From Marsupella aquatica (Eukaryota; Plantae; Marchantiophyta): a DNA stretch of 64,000 nt. Of the stretch, positions 25,337 to 37,965 are shown piece after piece (position 1 is the first letter of the stretch; every line of letters begins with the position of its first letter). The notes beneath the pieces were generated by a model. It did not search any database. It saw only the letters and a list, made by a program, of their open reading frames with translations, and had not been told where the DNA came from. The DNA is taken from contig OZ316893.1 in NCBI GenBank assembly GCA_973895155.1, positions 12,602,359 through 12,666,358 of the forward strand, read 5' to 3'. The translations under genes were made by a program, and so were the position numbers.

Positions 25337-27942
25337 GAGTACTGGCTCGAGCTCATACTATAGCCTCGAGACTTAAGAGGCTTACAAGCTTGGTCCAATT
25401 GTCATCTTTTGACTATGTCAAGATTTTTTACTCTATTATAATTGGATTTTTATTTACTACCCGATTGTTCAATCTAAGGCATGTCGGACTTTGCCATTAA
25501 ATTTGAAACTGACTATCAGAATTCCAACCCAATCACCGATTTAGGAAATGTTGGATTGCTTGTCCAGGCCAGAACAATTGGACTGTTTGGTTTGATTCTT
25601 CTCTGATGCTAAATGAGCCAAAGACCCCTTTTTGAAGAAAAGCTTATTATAAGCAAGTGTTCCAGATCAAGTTAGAATTGTAAATTGTCATTCAATACAA
25701 ATTGGAAAATTTTTTATGTGCATTTTTATGATCTTTTGTTGAGTTATGGGGAATGAAGTGGAAAGGTGTTTTCATGACGAAAGTAGGTGAGATATTCCAA
25801 GTTTTGCAAGACGGGATGATTGTTTCGAAGTGCTAGGCAATGGGATTCATATTTGCAATCCAATTACAATGGGATTTTGGTCCAATTGTTGGTGAAACAG
25901 ACCTAGTTTGATTGTTTGAGGATTGGATAATGTGATTCAACTCTAGATTCAACTTAAACCAAAACATCGGGTTAGTGAACGGAGGGTTAACTCAATGTAT
26001 ATTTTGGGATCAATTTTTAAGTACATTGTCACTAAATTAAGATGTTTGAAATTTACAATACTTCCACTGTTTTATTCATATTCACACATATGCCAAAAAA
26101 TTTGTATGTAGTTGTTCTGATTGCCTTGGTGAACTTATCATCCATATTATTTTTGTAATTAAATACAAAAAGAATCGTGGTAGTATTGTCAACAAGACAT
26201 CTTTAAATTAGTGGCAAAGTACTTTAAAGTTGATTTGGGATACCACGACGTGTGATCCTAGCCTAATATAAATAATCCTATTTATAAATAAAATATTCTA
26301 GAAGTATTCTTTATTTTCACTATTAATTACCTATTTTACTTTTAAAAAGTATATATTAAAGAATATTTTATAACTTTGAGATTATAATACCTTCTTTTAC
26401 CTTCTACATACTTTTAAAGTTAGTTAATTTCCATCCCAAATATCTATTTTAAATCACACATGGTTTCTACAGTTTTTGGTAGTTACCCCTTTCCAAAATT
26501 CCTGGCTCCACAACATGCCATGTCATCATGGCACGCTGCAAACACGAAGAGACTTGTTTTTGGATAAAATTAAGTTATGTATTCGTGTTTGTGGCAACTT
26601 CTTTGTAAAAATTGGGACGCCATGCCATAAAAGAGAATATAAAAAACCTGACATGCAAATCAAAAGATAAAAAGATTAAGTCAAAACTACTCCCATAACT
26701 GTTTTATTTACATTTTTGAGTTTTTCAAAACATACAATAAATCATTCTCTAAAGTAAAAACTTCAAATGTCTGGTCCGTTATGTCTTGGTAGAGGAGCAC
26801 AATCAAAGTAACGTAAGTAAGTCTATTGGTGTGTTAGTAGACTTCTCTGGAGCGCAATCAAAGTAACATAAGTAAGTCACTCTATTGGTGTGTTAGTAAT
26901 GATGCTTGGCAAAGCAGTGTGTAGCTAGCGTCGTATTTTGTTGCTTGAGGAGTAGAGGATTCTCTGGTATGCTGCTTGGCAGAGAGTGTGTAGGGTTTAG
27001 GGCAGACATATGCCTTTCGTGTACATATCATTGGTGCCAAATTTGTGTATTCCTTGACCCTTTGAGCACTAATAGGAAAGCCTCTTTATCTCAAACCTTG
27101 CACCTATTTCTGGATGGGATCTATCATAGTTGTATCTCTGACATACACACTCCGTAGGTAAAAAAACATGTGCCCATTCTTTCCTAGTTTTTACAAAGAG
27201 TCATTTTTGGCACCTTTTGTAAGTGCAAAAAAGCCCAAATGCTTTTGCCTAATGACAGTCTTATAAGTGCAAACCCTTGACCACTATTCGTGATGACTTA
27301 TTCGTAAGCTCACAATCCCATGAATGACACATACTGATTAGTGCAAGGCATTTTCCAGGGCATTTCTATAGAGACAAAGTATGCCTTATGGGATAGGGGA
27401 TCATAAATAGTGTCGATGTACAATTAGGGTGGCAATCACAAGTATGCCATTGTTTGATAGACTCCCGCCCGGGTCCTCACTTCTTTTCTTCCGGGCTTTT
27501 TAATTCAACTGGGGAGAAGACTTTAAAAAATTGTTGAAAAAAATAGGGTTTTTTAATCCAATTTTGAGAATTCTAAAAACTATAGGGGTTTTGAATACCA
27601 AATTTGAGAATATTCCTAGAATATTCCTTAAAGTTCATGGTTAAAATAATATTTTTTAATTTATTTTATTAAGTTATAGGGTGTTTATTACTTGAAAACT
27701 TTCAGGTGATATGGGACCTTTCCTAGAGTGAAGCCCCCGAGGATAGACTAAGGGCCATTGCACATGGACACGCTACAAAATATTAGTAATAAATGCACAT
27801 AATCCATCTGTAAAAATGCAAAACTCCATAATTGTGCACTTATCACGTACTAGTGCAAACCCACATTAAGTTTACATCCAGTGCGTCTCCCACCAATAAA
27901 TGCACAACTCCATAATTTTGCGCTTATCATGTAGGGAAAACT

Positions 27943-27988
27943 CTCTCTAAGTGCACACCCAATAGTGATGAGTGTGCACTTAGAGAGA
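27943..27988. repeat. Inverted repeat/hairpin
   Basis: CTCTCTAAGTGCACAC ... GTGTGCACTTAGAGAG with a short spacer. Confidence 0.8.
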
Positions 27989-28343
27989 AAATGATTGTAC
28001 TATATTTTGTGATTGATGGACCTAAGTCTATGAATGCTAATGTTCTTCAGCTGCAAAAACAGTGGATCTGGACATTCAACATTAGCGCAATGCTTACAGC
28101 ACTCCGTAGTGAGGCGTAGAAAACCTGAGTGGAGCAGGATACCCTAATCCATGAAAGAGAACAGTGGCATAACTTACAAACATTGGCACCCCCCCCCCCC
28201 CCCCCAAGAACTAAGTTGCCACATTCTATTTGAGCCCCTATAATAATATATTGTTTCTTTAAAGGTTTTTGTGCTCTCATCTATGTTTACATTAAGGTAG
28301 TCAGGGCTTCCATTCAGTTTTTGGTTCACTCATACCCTGACAT

Positions 28344-28684
28344 TGTTGAGCATAGATGACAATCGCAATGGCAAGCCCATGAACCATCTAACGCACAAGA
28401 GTCGACACAGAGAGATACGTGGTTCACCTCCACATGAGGCTACATCCATGGGAACACACATGAGCTTTACTACACTCTAGGCCGACCGGCGCAAGCATCC
28501 ACAACGCAAGCTCTGTCTATCTCTCAACTAGCTCCGTAACAATGAGCCTGAGTTTCCACTCTCCAAGCAACCACCGCTTGGTTATAGAGTGTGCACAACA
28601 TGACTAACCTAACCAAGTCTGCGACTAAGGTTAGCCTTAGCTACAGTACAGTCGTAACTCTAGACCTAAGAGTAAATCCTAACA
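28344..28684. mobile_element. Probable solo LTR (Copia-like), 341 bp
   Basis: Starts TGTTG and ends TAACA (TG...CA with a short inverted terminus). Contains ACGTGGTTCAC, reminiscent of plant Copia LTRs. Flanks GACAT/GACCC match at only 3 of 5 positions as a TSD. Confidence 0.5.
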
Positions 28685-29253
28685 GACCCAACACTTTTCT
28701 CAAGGATTCTTGAGGGAACTTAAAACACAATGTGTTGACATTACTTAGAATCATTCCTTTCACTCATGAGAATACTTTAAAAGCGGTAGAATATGAAGCC
28801 CTTGGTTTCTCTCTAGGAGATAACAAAGTTTAAAAATTGAGGGGGCTGCCAAAATAAATTTAAAATACTATAGGATACCAAAAATTAAAGGGGTCCAAAA
28901 ATGAATTAAAACTCTATATGATACAAAGGATACCCCTTGTTGTACACTCAAATAAAAATACATGATACAAAAATATAAATAAGACAAAACATGAAAAGTC
29001 GGATTCACCGTATAACAATATTCACCAGCAAAGGTAATTCAGGCTAGTAACTTCAAACAGAGTACTGAATTTTGTTGTCTCCGTGTTGACGATCGTAAGT
29101 AGGGGTCCAATGCTGATGTAAAGTCACAAAAGGTCAAAACCGTCCTGAATCCGTCCATCAATCAATCAATCAATAGCCCATAAATCAATCGCCTTCACAG
29201 CTTCACTCCTCCACTCCTTCAGGGTCTTCGTCTTCATGGCGTGACCGCGTAAA

Positions 29254-29399
29254 CGACCGACCACATGGACAGCTACTGTGGTTAGAACCCAGGTGCACCG
29301 CACCGCAGTGTATCAGCTATGGTAAATCGACTGACCACATGGACAGCTACTGTGGTTAGAACCCAGGTGCACCGCACCGTAGTGTATCAACTACGGTAA
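29254..29399. repeat. 74-bp tandem duplication upstream of MED15
   Basis: GACCACATGGACAGCTACTGTGGTTAGAACCCAGGTGCACCGCACCG... occurs twice, near identical. Confidence 0.9.
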
Positions 29400-30278
29400 C
29401 CCGCACGGGATCCCATACACCCTCCGATCTCTCGCCGGACTGTATCTAGCGGTCGAGAAGGTAATGCCTCTGGGAGACAACGGAGCCAACACGGCAAAGG
29501 CACCTACTACGGTAGTCCCGTATAGTAAGACCAAGGCCTCCCCCTCTCGGTCTCGTCCCCCGCCCGCGTCTTCTTATCTGGAAAAAGCTTTTTTCTGGAC
29601 TCGAGAGTCACCGCTTGTCTTCTACGCTACCTTGTGTTTCGTTCGTTCGTGAGCTTTCGTTGAGAGGGAGCGGTGGAAGCGAGGCGGAGAACATCGTGAC
29701 GAACCCACCTCCACCCCGTCAAGTTTTTCCTTCCGGCGCAAACGAGAGCAAAAAATTATGGACATTCTTCGGCGCATACGTGAGAATTATGGACATTTGG
29801 TTTGTGGATGAGCGCTGGAAGTCCGCCAGAGCGCGCCGTTGTCAACCACGAAACTTTTGGTCTCGTATAATCATCGCTTGGGTTTTCAAAAGGACTTGGT
29901 TAATTTGTAGATGAGCGCTGGAACACCCACCAGAGAGCCGTCGTCCACGCGGAAATATTTGTTGTGGAACAATCGCACGGGTTTTGAGCGGGGGGCGTTC
30001 CTCTCTCCGGCGGACTTCATTTCCCCTCGTGGATTGAAGAGGTCGCAGCAATTGCACCTGCCGGAGTGTGTGGATAGTCTAGTGAAGTGTAGTGTGGTTT
30101 GAAGTTCTGCCGAGAGGGGCGTTTCCTTCGTTCAAGGATTATTGTAGCCCGACGGGGGCGGAAGGGGCGGAAGGAACGGGCCTCGTTGATCGAGTGGTGC
30201 TTTATGTGAAATCTAGCTAGTTAGGGCCTTAGTTTTGTGTTCGCGGATACGGAATTATAGTATTCGTCGTAAGCGAAA

Positions 30279-31621
30279 ATGGACGCCACCAACAACAGTA
30301 ACACCTGGAGGTCGGGTCTGGCTCAGGATTCGAGGCAGAAAATTGTGAAGCGCATGTGAGTTCCTTGCTCTTGTACTGAAGTTTAGACATCGGTACCGCT
30401 TCTCTGGTGGATACTGTTTCGCGTTGAGTGCACGGAATAGTGGAAGTTTTCCGTGAGAGGTGGCCTATGTTGAGAAGAAAGTGAAGCACATTCAAGTGCG
30501 CAACTGGTACTGCAAATGAAGCACTTCTGCTACTAGAAATCTGTTACTGACGAGAGATTTGATTGGAGTGCAGAATGGACACCCTTCAGAGACATATGCC
30601 ACCCACAGGACAGGAGAGCATGGGAGAGCTTTTGAAGATTGCTTGGCGGTTTGAGGAAAAAATATTTCATGCTGCAACCGACCAGGTCACACCCTCCAAA
30701 TTCTTATACTTAGAGCTTAATAATTTTAAGAGAGTCCGAGTGAGTTGTATCTTGTTTGTATCGTGCCTTGATTACAATTGGCGTAGCTCATATTCTGCTG
30801 TGACTATTCCAACTAACGAGCTGACCTGTTCCTGACTGCTTTCTCTTACAGCAAGACTATTTGCGGAAGATCTCCTTAAAAATGCTCTCCTTGGAAACAA
30901 AGGCCCAAGCCGCTCCAGGCCCTGGCATTCAAGCAAGGCTGGGAAACCCCTCAGGCGTTGTCAAATCACTCGACCCAGGTACGGATGTATTGTGACATGT
31001 CGGAAAGTTTCCAAGCCTGACCTTTTGTTAACATTTTTCCCTTTTTTATACTCGGCAAAGCCGGGTGGAAAAGTGCCCTCGTCTGTTAAGTTTGATGTTT
31101 ATGTTTGTCGCATATGTTATGGAGTAACTCTCACATCGAAACATTATGCTTTAGCACATATCCTGTGTAAGTCAGACTTAAGCTTGTAGCCCCTTGTGAG
31201 CCTTACATATAAACATTTGCCTTACGGCACCCTCTGTCTCCTTGGTAAAGGTATTTGTCCCTGTCGACAGACAGAGGGAAAGAACTATAGCTTGCTAATG
31301 CCCTCACTAGCTCGGGAAGATGCTCCTAGTTCTCACGTGTGGCCTTGAATTTGTAGGTCCTGCAATGTTGATGCAGAATCAGCAGAATTTGAGTAATCCA
31401 GTCCAATTACCTGGAACAGTTCCTGGGCAGGTACAACAGAGACAACAGCTGCTCGCTCAATCTCTTCAGAGTAATCTCAATGCAAATGCCATGCAAAGCT
31501 CCTCTGGCTTAGGTTCAAGTCTTTCAAATATGACTGGAATGCCCCAAGCTGCCCTTTCAGCCAATTCAGGGCAAAGCATGATGCTCAATGCCCAGAGGAT
31601 GGCGATGCACCAGCAGCGTCA

Positions 31622-31652
<31 letters not shown>

Positions 31653-34494
31653 CAACAACAACAACAACAACAAACACAGCAGCAACAACCCTCACAGCAA
31701 CAGGTATGTTATGTCTCAGCAAGTTTTGCAAATGGCGAAAGAATTGAAGAAGTCTTGCAGCAAAAGGGCTTCTAATTATGATTATGTCTCACTTTCCAAA
31801 TAAATAATCTACAATGTTGATCCCTCATTGTCTTGTGATTAGAAAAAACACTAAAGGCGGTAGAAGGTAGGATTATGGATCGAATTCTGTTTCCAGGAAG
31901 CCACAAACTTTTAACGAAACTTGATTTTTTGGGTCGGTCATATCATTTTGTTGATCATCAGGCTTCAGCCCAGCAGCAGAACTTGCTCTACCAACAGCGT
32001 CTACAACAGCAACAGCAGCAGCAACAACAACAATATTTGAAGGCAAAAATGCTGCAACAACAACAACAACAGCCATTACAGCAACAGGTGCTCCGTTTTT
32101 GTTTCTAATGCTTCCATGAAAGTGCTTAAGACCAGCGAAGGAAAGTTAAGAGCCGTCTGAATAGTGTGCCCGATCAATATCTGGCACCTCATGAGCAGAT
32201 TTATGTTGGCTGTTGTATGTGATAATGTCAGCTTAGTTATAGCTGCGTACTTTCTAACATAATTACTGTTTACACCCACCTAAGACTTATCAAGCCCTTT
32301 GTGTGTTAAATTCTGTTATTGCTTGGAATGGGGTTTTCCAGGTAACCCCTCTACAGCAGCAGCAGCCCCAAAGTCAGTTGATGTCTCAAGCAAACAATGT
32401 TCCTTCAGCACTTCAACAGCAGCAGCAGCAGCTTATACAAGCACAACTCTTGCAGCAGCAGCAAAAACAGCAGCAGCAGCAACAACAACAGCAACAACAG
32501 CAACAACAGCAACAGCAGCAAGCACAGCAGCAACAACAGGTGACACTGTGTTTAGTTGTGATCCCTTTCGGTAGAGACTACATCTCTGCTCGAGTTTCCC
32601 TACTAAGATTTTCTCTGTTTTCATTTTACTGGAGGAGCAGCAGGTGCAGCAGCAACAGCTCACAGCATTGCAGTCTCAGCAGTCTCAACAGCCGAACGCA
32701 ACTCAGCAAGTAGGGCAGCAGCCGCAGCAGCTCCAGCAACTCCAATCTGCCAACCAGCAAGCACAGCAGCAAAGGCTCCAACAACCAGGTAGGAGAGGTT
32801 AATTGACATATGCTTATCTAAAAAGATCATAAAGAAAAAGCCACTTTAGGGGCCTAGAAGCGGTTATGTCATGCGATCGTCAAGGCAATGGACGTAGGTG
32901 CAGAAAATAAGTTCGACTCGGTAACATGACTTTGCGAATGCTTCGTTTACACCGTATCTGTCGAGAGCCTCAGGTAGTATTGAGGGAAAAGCAAAGATTT
33001 AAGGTGTGTCGACAAGTAAGTTGACATCAGAGTGGACATCCTTCAATAAATGTCTTCTCATGGCGTAGCTATCTGATGTGTTGGCTCTGTAAATACACGA
33101 CTTCAATCACAACTTACGACGTAGGTATGTGTTGGACTCAAGGAAATCAGAAGTCTTGGCCTAGACGGCTCTAGTATGATTGTCTGTTGTGTATGCATTG
33201 TAGTATAGGAGAAACCAGGGTGCAGGAAATGGATGTTCAGCACTGCATAGGAAGCAATAGAATGTTATAAGTTTGATGGCAATCCATGTGACAAATCTCA
33301 TGTCCCGCGCAGGTGTTTTGAATCAGCAGCAACCAATCATTTATGATATTCAGAAGCACCAGAAGCAGCGTGCCTTTCCCGAGTCCTCCACTGGTATTGG
33401 CATTGTTCGCTCTGATCATTAGATTTTTGAAAGCGATCAATGATATGAAATAGCATTGTCCTTTTGTTAGAAGCTGCGTTCGTGGCTGAAGATGATGGTC
33501 TGGTGTTCTGAAGATTTTTAGTTAAGTTGGACAGCCTTTCGAACGCATTTGGAAATTTTGAATTTTTTTCTGGTGTTACAGCCTCTGTCGATTCGTCGGG
33601 CCACTCTGGGGCTGGTTTGGATCAGCGAGAAGTTGTTTGGCCAAAGGCAAGTAATTTTTGGTCGTAAGGTTTTTCCTTTCGAACTTAGTAATAACTGGAT
33701 TGAATGTACTGAGCTTGCTTTGCCGGACCTGCAAATTTTGACGAATGACTCATGTTTAGTCATGTCTCTTTCCAGTTGCAAGTGCTAAAGGACAAATACC
33801 TGCAAGATATGAAGGAGCTGTATGGTATGCTTACACAAAGGAGCACCATGGTGAGTTTGTCTTCCCATGATTACGGAACTGTAGCCTCGTTTTGCTAGTG
33901 TTTTAGGATTACTACCAGGGAATATGCTGAGGTACCGCACATCTAGTGAGATTTTCGGCGAAGGCTGGTCGTTTCGCCTGTGCCAATTAGTTACTCCCCT
34001 GTTGTATTTCGGGCACAATCATGGTATCTTTCAAGATTAGATGGCTGAGATAGCTCAAGTTCCATTCTGAAGTTGCCTAAGTTAGAGGCTGAAGTAGCTC
34101 AAGGGGGATTAGTATCCCCCTCATAGTATTGACCAGCATGTTCACTGTTGGAGGACTTAACATAACAAAGAAAGTTTGTTTCAATGTGCCAGCCAATGCC
34201 ACCCGAGCAGCTGCAAAAGCTTAAACACTACAAAGATGTGCTTCAACGCATGATTCCCTATTTGACAGTACCGAAAGAGCGAGTGCCTCGGGAATTTAAT
34301 CAAGATAAAGTAGAAGCCTTCGAGAAGCAAATTGTAAATATCATGGAGACTTTCAAGCGACGAAGGCAAACACCTCTACAACAACCTGTACTGCCGGCAC
34401 AACAACAACTGCAACCCAATCAGATTCCACAACCACCACAGCAGCAGCAGGCCCAGCAGCAACAGCAGGCTCAACAGCAACAGCAACAGCAGGC

Positions 34495-34526
<32 letters not shown>

Positions 34527-34555
34527 AGCAGCAACAACAACAACAGCAGCAGCAA

Positions 34556-34599
<44 letters not shown>

Positions 34600-37500
34600 A
34601 CTCCTCTCTCAAATCCAGCAGCAGGACAACAAGCAAATATCACTCTCGGGTAGTGGCCAGCCCACTATATCAACTCTCCATTCCAACAGTTTGTCTTCCA
34701 TACCGCAAAACATGGGACCTGCTGTACAGCAACCAGGAATGTCTTCCTTGCAACAGACAGGAGGAAATGCAGCACAAACTCATGCACCTAGTACGTTGCA
34801 GACGAGCGTTAATCCATCACAGCAAAGTGTGGTTCCTTCTCTGCAGCCCAGTGTTGTTAATACGATGCAACAAAATGGGATAAGTACTCAGCAACAAAGT
34901 AATGTCAACCCCCTGCAACAAAGTGTGGCAAACTCTGTTCAGGCATCGGGAACCACTGCACTTCAACCTGGTGTCAATAATTTACAGCCGCAAAGCGCAG
35001 TCAATGCCTTGCAGCAACCATCAGGTTCCAATCCATTGCAACCAAGCGGAGTAAATGCGCCGCAACAAGCTGGCTCTTTGCAACAGCAACAGTTGTTGCA
35101 CGTCCAGCAACAACAACAACAACGGTTGCTTAAAGATCAGGAGCAGGCCAAACAAGCACTCATTCAAAGACAGCAGCAGCAGCAGCAACTTCTTCAACAA
35201 CAACAGCAGCAACAACAGCAGCAGTTGCAGCAGCAGCAGCAGCAGCAGAAGCTTCACGCGCAAATGCAAGCCCAGCACTCTCAACAGCTTCCAGATTTCT
35301 CTGGTCCTGATGCCTTTAAAGGTGATAACAGTCTGAAGGTCAAACAAGGGGTTGCTAAACAGGTTTTACTTCAGCAACAGCAGCTGAAGCAAAGGCAGGT
35401 TTTCCAGCAACAAATGCTACAACAACAAGAACAACAACGGCAGCAACAGCAGCAACAGCAGCAACATCTGAAAATTGGTTCACCTCCAATGACTTCACAG
35501 ATGGTTTCCTCACCTCAAATCCTGCAAGCTCCTTCTCCACAAATATCGAATTCTCAGCAAATGTCTCCCCAAACAGACCATCAGAATTTCACAGCACCGC
35601 AAGTTACCAAGGTCGGTACTCCCTTACAGGCTGCCACACCGCCGCTCAAGACACCTTCCCCGTCCATGCTACCAGTTGGTTCACCAGCCGCTCAGGAAGA
35701 AATTGATGTGAAAATTGGCACACCTGCCAACTCGACTCTAGGCACTGCTCAAAATCTTCAATCCACCGTTGCAACGCCAAATAATGTAGTCGGTATCGGG
35801 ACACCTGGACCCTCAGTGTCCCCACTGATGGTTGATTTCTCTCCAGGCCCGGCAGCAACAGGAGTCCCTCAGGATGGAATGCTAGGTTTTTCGCCTGGTA
35901 CGCCTCTTGTGGATAAAACAAACATGGATCCAGTTGAACGTTTGGTCGCAAAGGCAGGTGCTCTTATCCATGACTTAATCTTCTTGTTTATTCAGGGAGA
36001 CTGTGATCACCACTAGTCAGCTATTACAGTTTAATTCACCCGAGCCTCTCTCACACTCGTCAGAGTGGCAGTGCCTCCTCTGGCAAGGTTATTCGGGATT
36101 GCTAATGACTAGGTTTGTCATGAGTCTGCTATTGAAAACAAATTTGGAGCTGTCGAACTGACTAGTTCAATCTGGGTGCGATTCTGTAATTATCTGGCAG
36201 CCGCTAGATTACTTTCTTTTAGGTGTCTTGCTTGATTTGGAGAGTGTCAGTGATGAGCAGATGTCAATTCTCTGCATATGTCTCAGTTTTAGTCTATTTC
36301 GAGTTTTCGGTGTGGTTTGGTTGCTGAAACATTGTCAACTGGTGTAGTAGTTTCCTTAAAAGGATCGATCTCCTTACATGGGAGTTGCCTCGTTGCAGGT
36401 TGATTCTATGCCAGCGAAAGCGTTGTGTGCAGCAGTCGGAGAGCTATGTGCTGTCGTCAGCTGCAGTGATAAGCTCGGAGTTTCTGCACCTGGAAATGGG
36501 TCCAGAGCTGCAGTTGGGGAGGATCTATCTTCTCATACGAGAGCAAGGTTACAATCCAAGGTCTGGGTGAATCAAGATAGTAGCAACCCTGTAAAGAAAA
36601 AGTCACGCAGGATGGATTCTGTCGCATTAAGTCTTATTTCTCAAGATGGGTTTGTCGCAAACAGTCTACCCAGGGCAGAGGGCTTTGAGTTGGAGACGGT
36701 ACGCTCAATAGTTCCAAATTTCCAAAGCGCCAGAGTGAAGGTACGTGAATCTTAAGACACCGTTTACGTTTTTACATACTGTTAGTTTGTATCTTTATCC
36801 TTGTTGGATGTACTCGAGAGCAATATTTTTGCCTGATATGATGTGTAAACGATAGTCTTGTTTCCTTCTTGTCATCTTCTTCCAGCATACTAGTTCATTC
36901 TATGAGAGATCTAGACTTACTCGAGGGCACTGGACTGCAGATCCCTTTCCTGTAGGCCTCGCATGTTTGTTGTCCGTAGAGTCTACTGGCGCTGGGTTTT
37001 TTCTTTTATTCATTCTTATGTCGGGAACTCTTAGGTTTGTTCACAACAGGAGTACGTGTGCTAGGAATAAGCAGGTTTCACAAATGTCCGCAGGTGCCCC
37101 TAGCAGTAAGAGAGGAGATACGGCACATTAACGACTGTCTCATAGATACCGAAGTGGAGGTCAGTTACGAAGGCTCAGAAGAAGCTGCAGCGCAAGGAAG
37201 GGAAGGTGTGGTCGTGAATTGCGCCTACAAATGTGTTGCAGTGAGTCCTACTGTGACTCCAAACAAAATGGTAAGGACAACATCCCAGGCTCACTCCAGC
37301 ATTTTGCAAGCTCCGGGCTTCTACCGTTATTTGTCGTCGAACTTTTTACTGAAAGCATGGAGTTGCAGAACAGGAATAAGTGTCTTGCATAGTTGAAATA
37401 CTTGTGGATCTGCATTCTTTGATTAAAGGTTGCTATCGTGTGCAGATTGCACTTCCTCGTGTATGGTTTCTCATTCCTCCAAGCTATCCTCAGTCATCTC

Positions 37501-37965
37501 CGGTTTTCTGGGCTGATTATATGGCTCCAAATGCTAGGTGCGTTTAAGCCCTTTTATGGAGGTTTGTGATTAAGTGCGCAGAGTGGAAATAATGGGATGC
37601 CTTAGATCCCTTGTATCCATCCATGTGTAGTACTCTGAGAGATACCATCACACATTTCAAGCTGGAGTATGCTCTGGTATTCAGATGCTAGGAAATGCTG
37701 CCATTCATAATTCTTTCCGTGTTGTAAGCCCAATTTCTGACCAGACCGTCAATTTTCGTCGTACAGCTTTCCTATTGCATCCGCAGCCAGGGAAGTTTTT
37801 GTCAAGGAGCTGAGATCGTTGCCTGCACCCGTCTCCCTGAAGGCCATAGCTGCTTGCTGGGACAGATGCGCACGCAACGCCCTTGCAGATTCGTCAACTT
37901 ATCAAGGAGGTGGAACGTTGAGTACAAATATTGGAGTATGGGAGTCATATGTAGTAAGTGCATAG
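30279..37965 (+). CDS. MED15: Mediator of RNA polymerase II transcription subunit 15 (plant MED15a-like; KIX domain, poly-Q, C-terminal domain), multi-exon
   Basis: Exons 30279-30355, 30574-30685 and 30852-30978 give MDATNNSNTWRSGLAQDSRQKIVKRIMDTLQRH...IAWRFEEKIFHAATDQQDYLRKISLKMLSLETK (plant KIX domain). These are followed by poly-Q exons, a large exon ~34193-35953, SAPGNGSRAAVGEDL, IPPSYPQSSP and a terminal GGGTLSTNIGVWESYVVSA*, all matching plant MED15a motifs. Confidence 0.92.
34440..34600 (+). repeat. CAG/CAA trinucleotide tract encoding poly-Q in MED15
   Basis: Visible (CAG/CAA)n run. Further tracts at ~31611-31690, 32003-32085, 32415-32540 and 35170-35250. Confidence 0.95.

Noticed and set aside
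34353-35540. Poly-Leu and poly-Ala/Val minus-strand ORFs
   Set aside because: Antisense translations of the MED15 CAG/CAA tracts.
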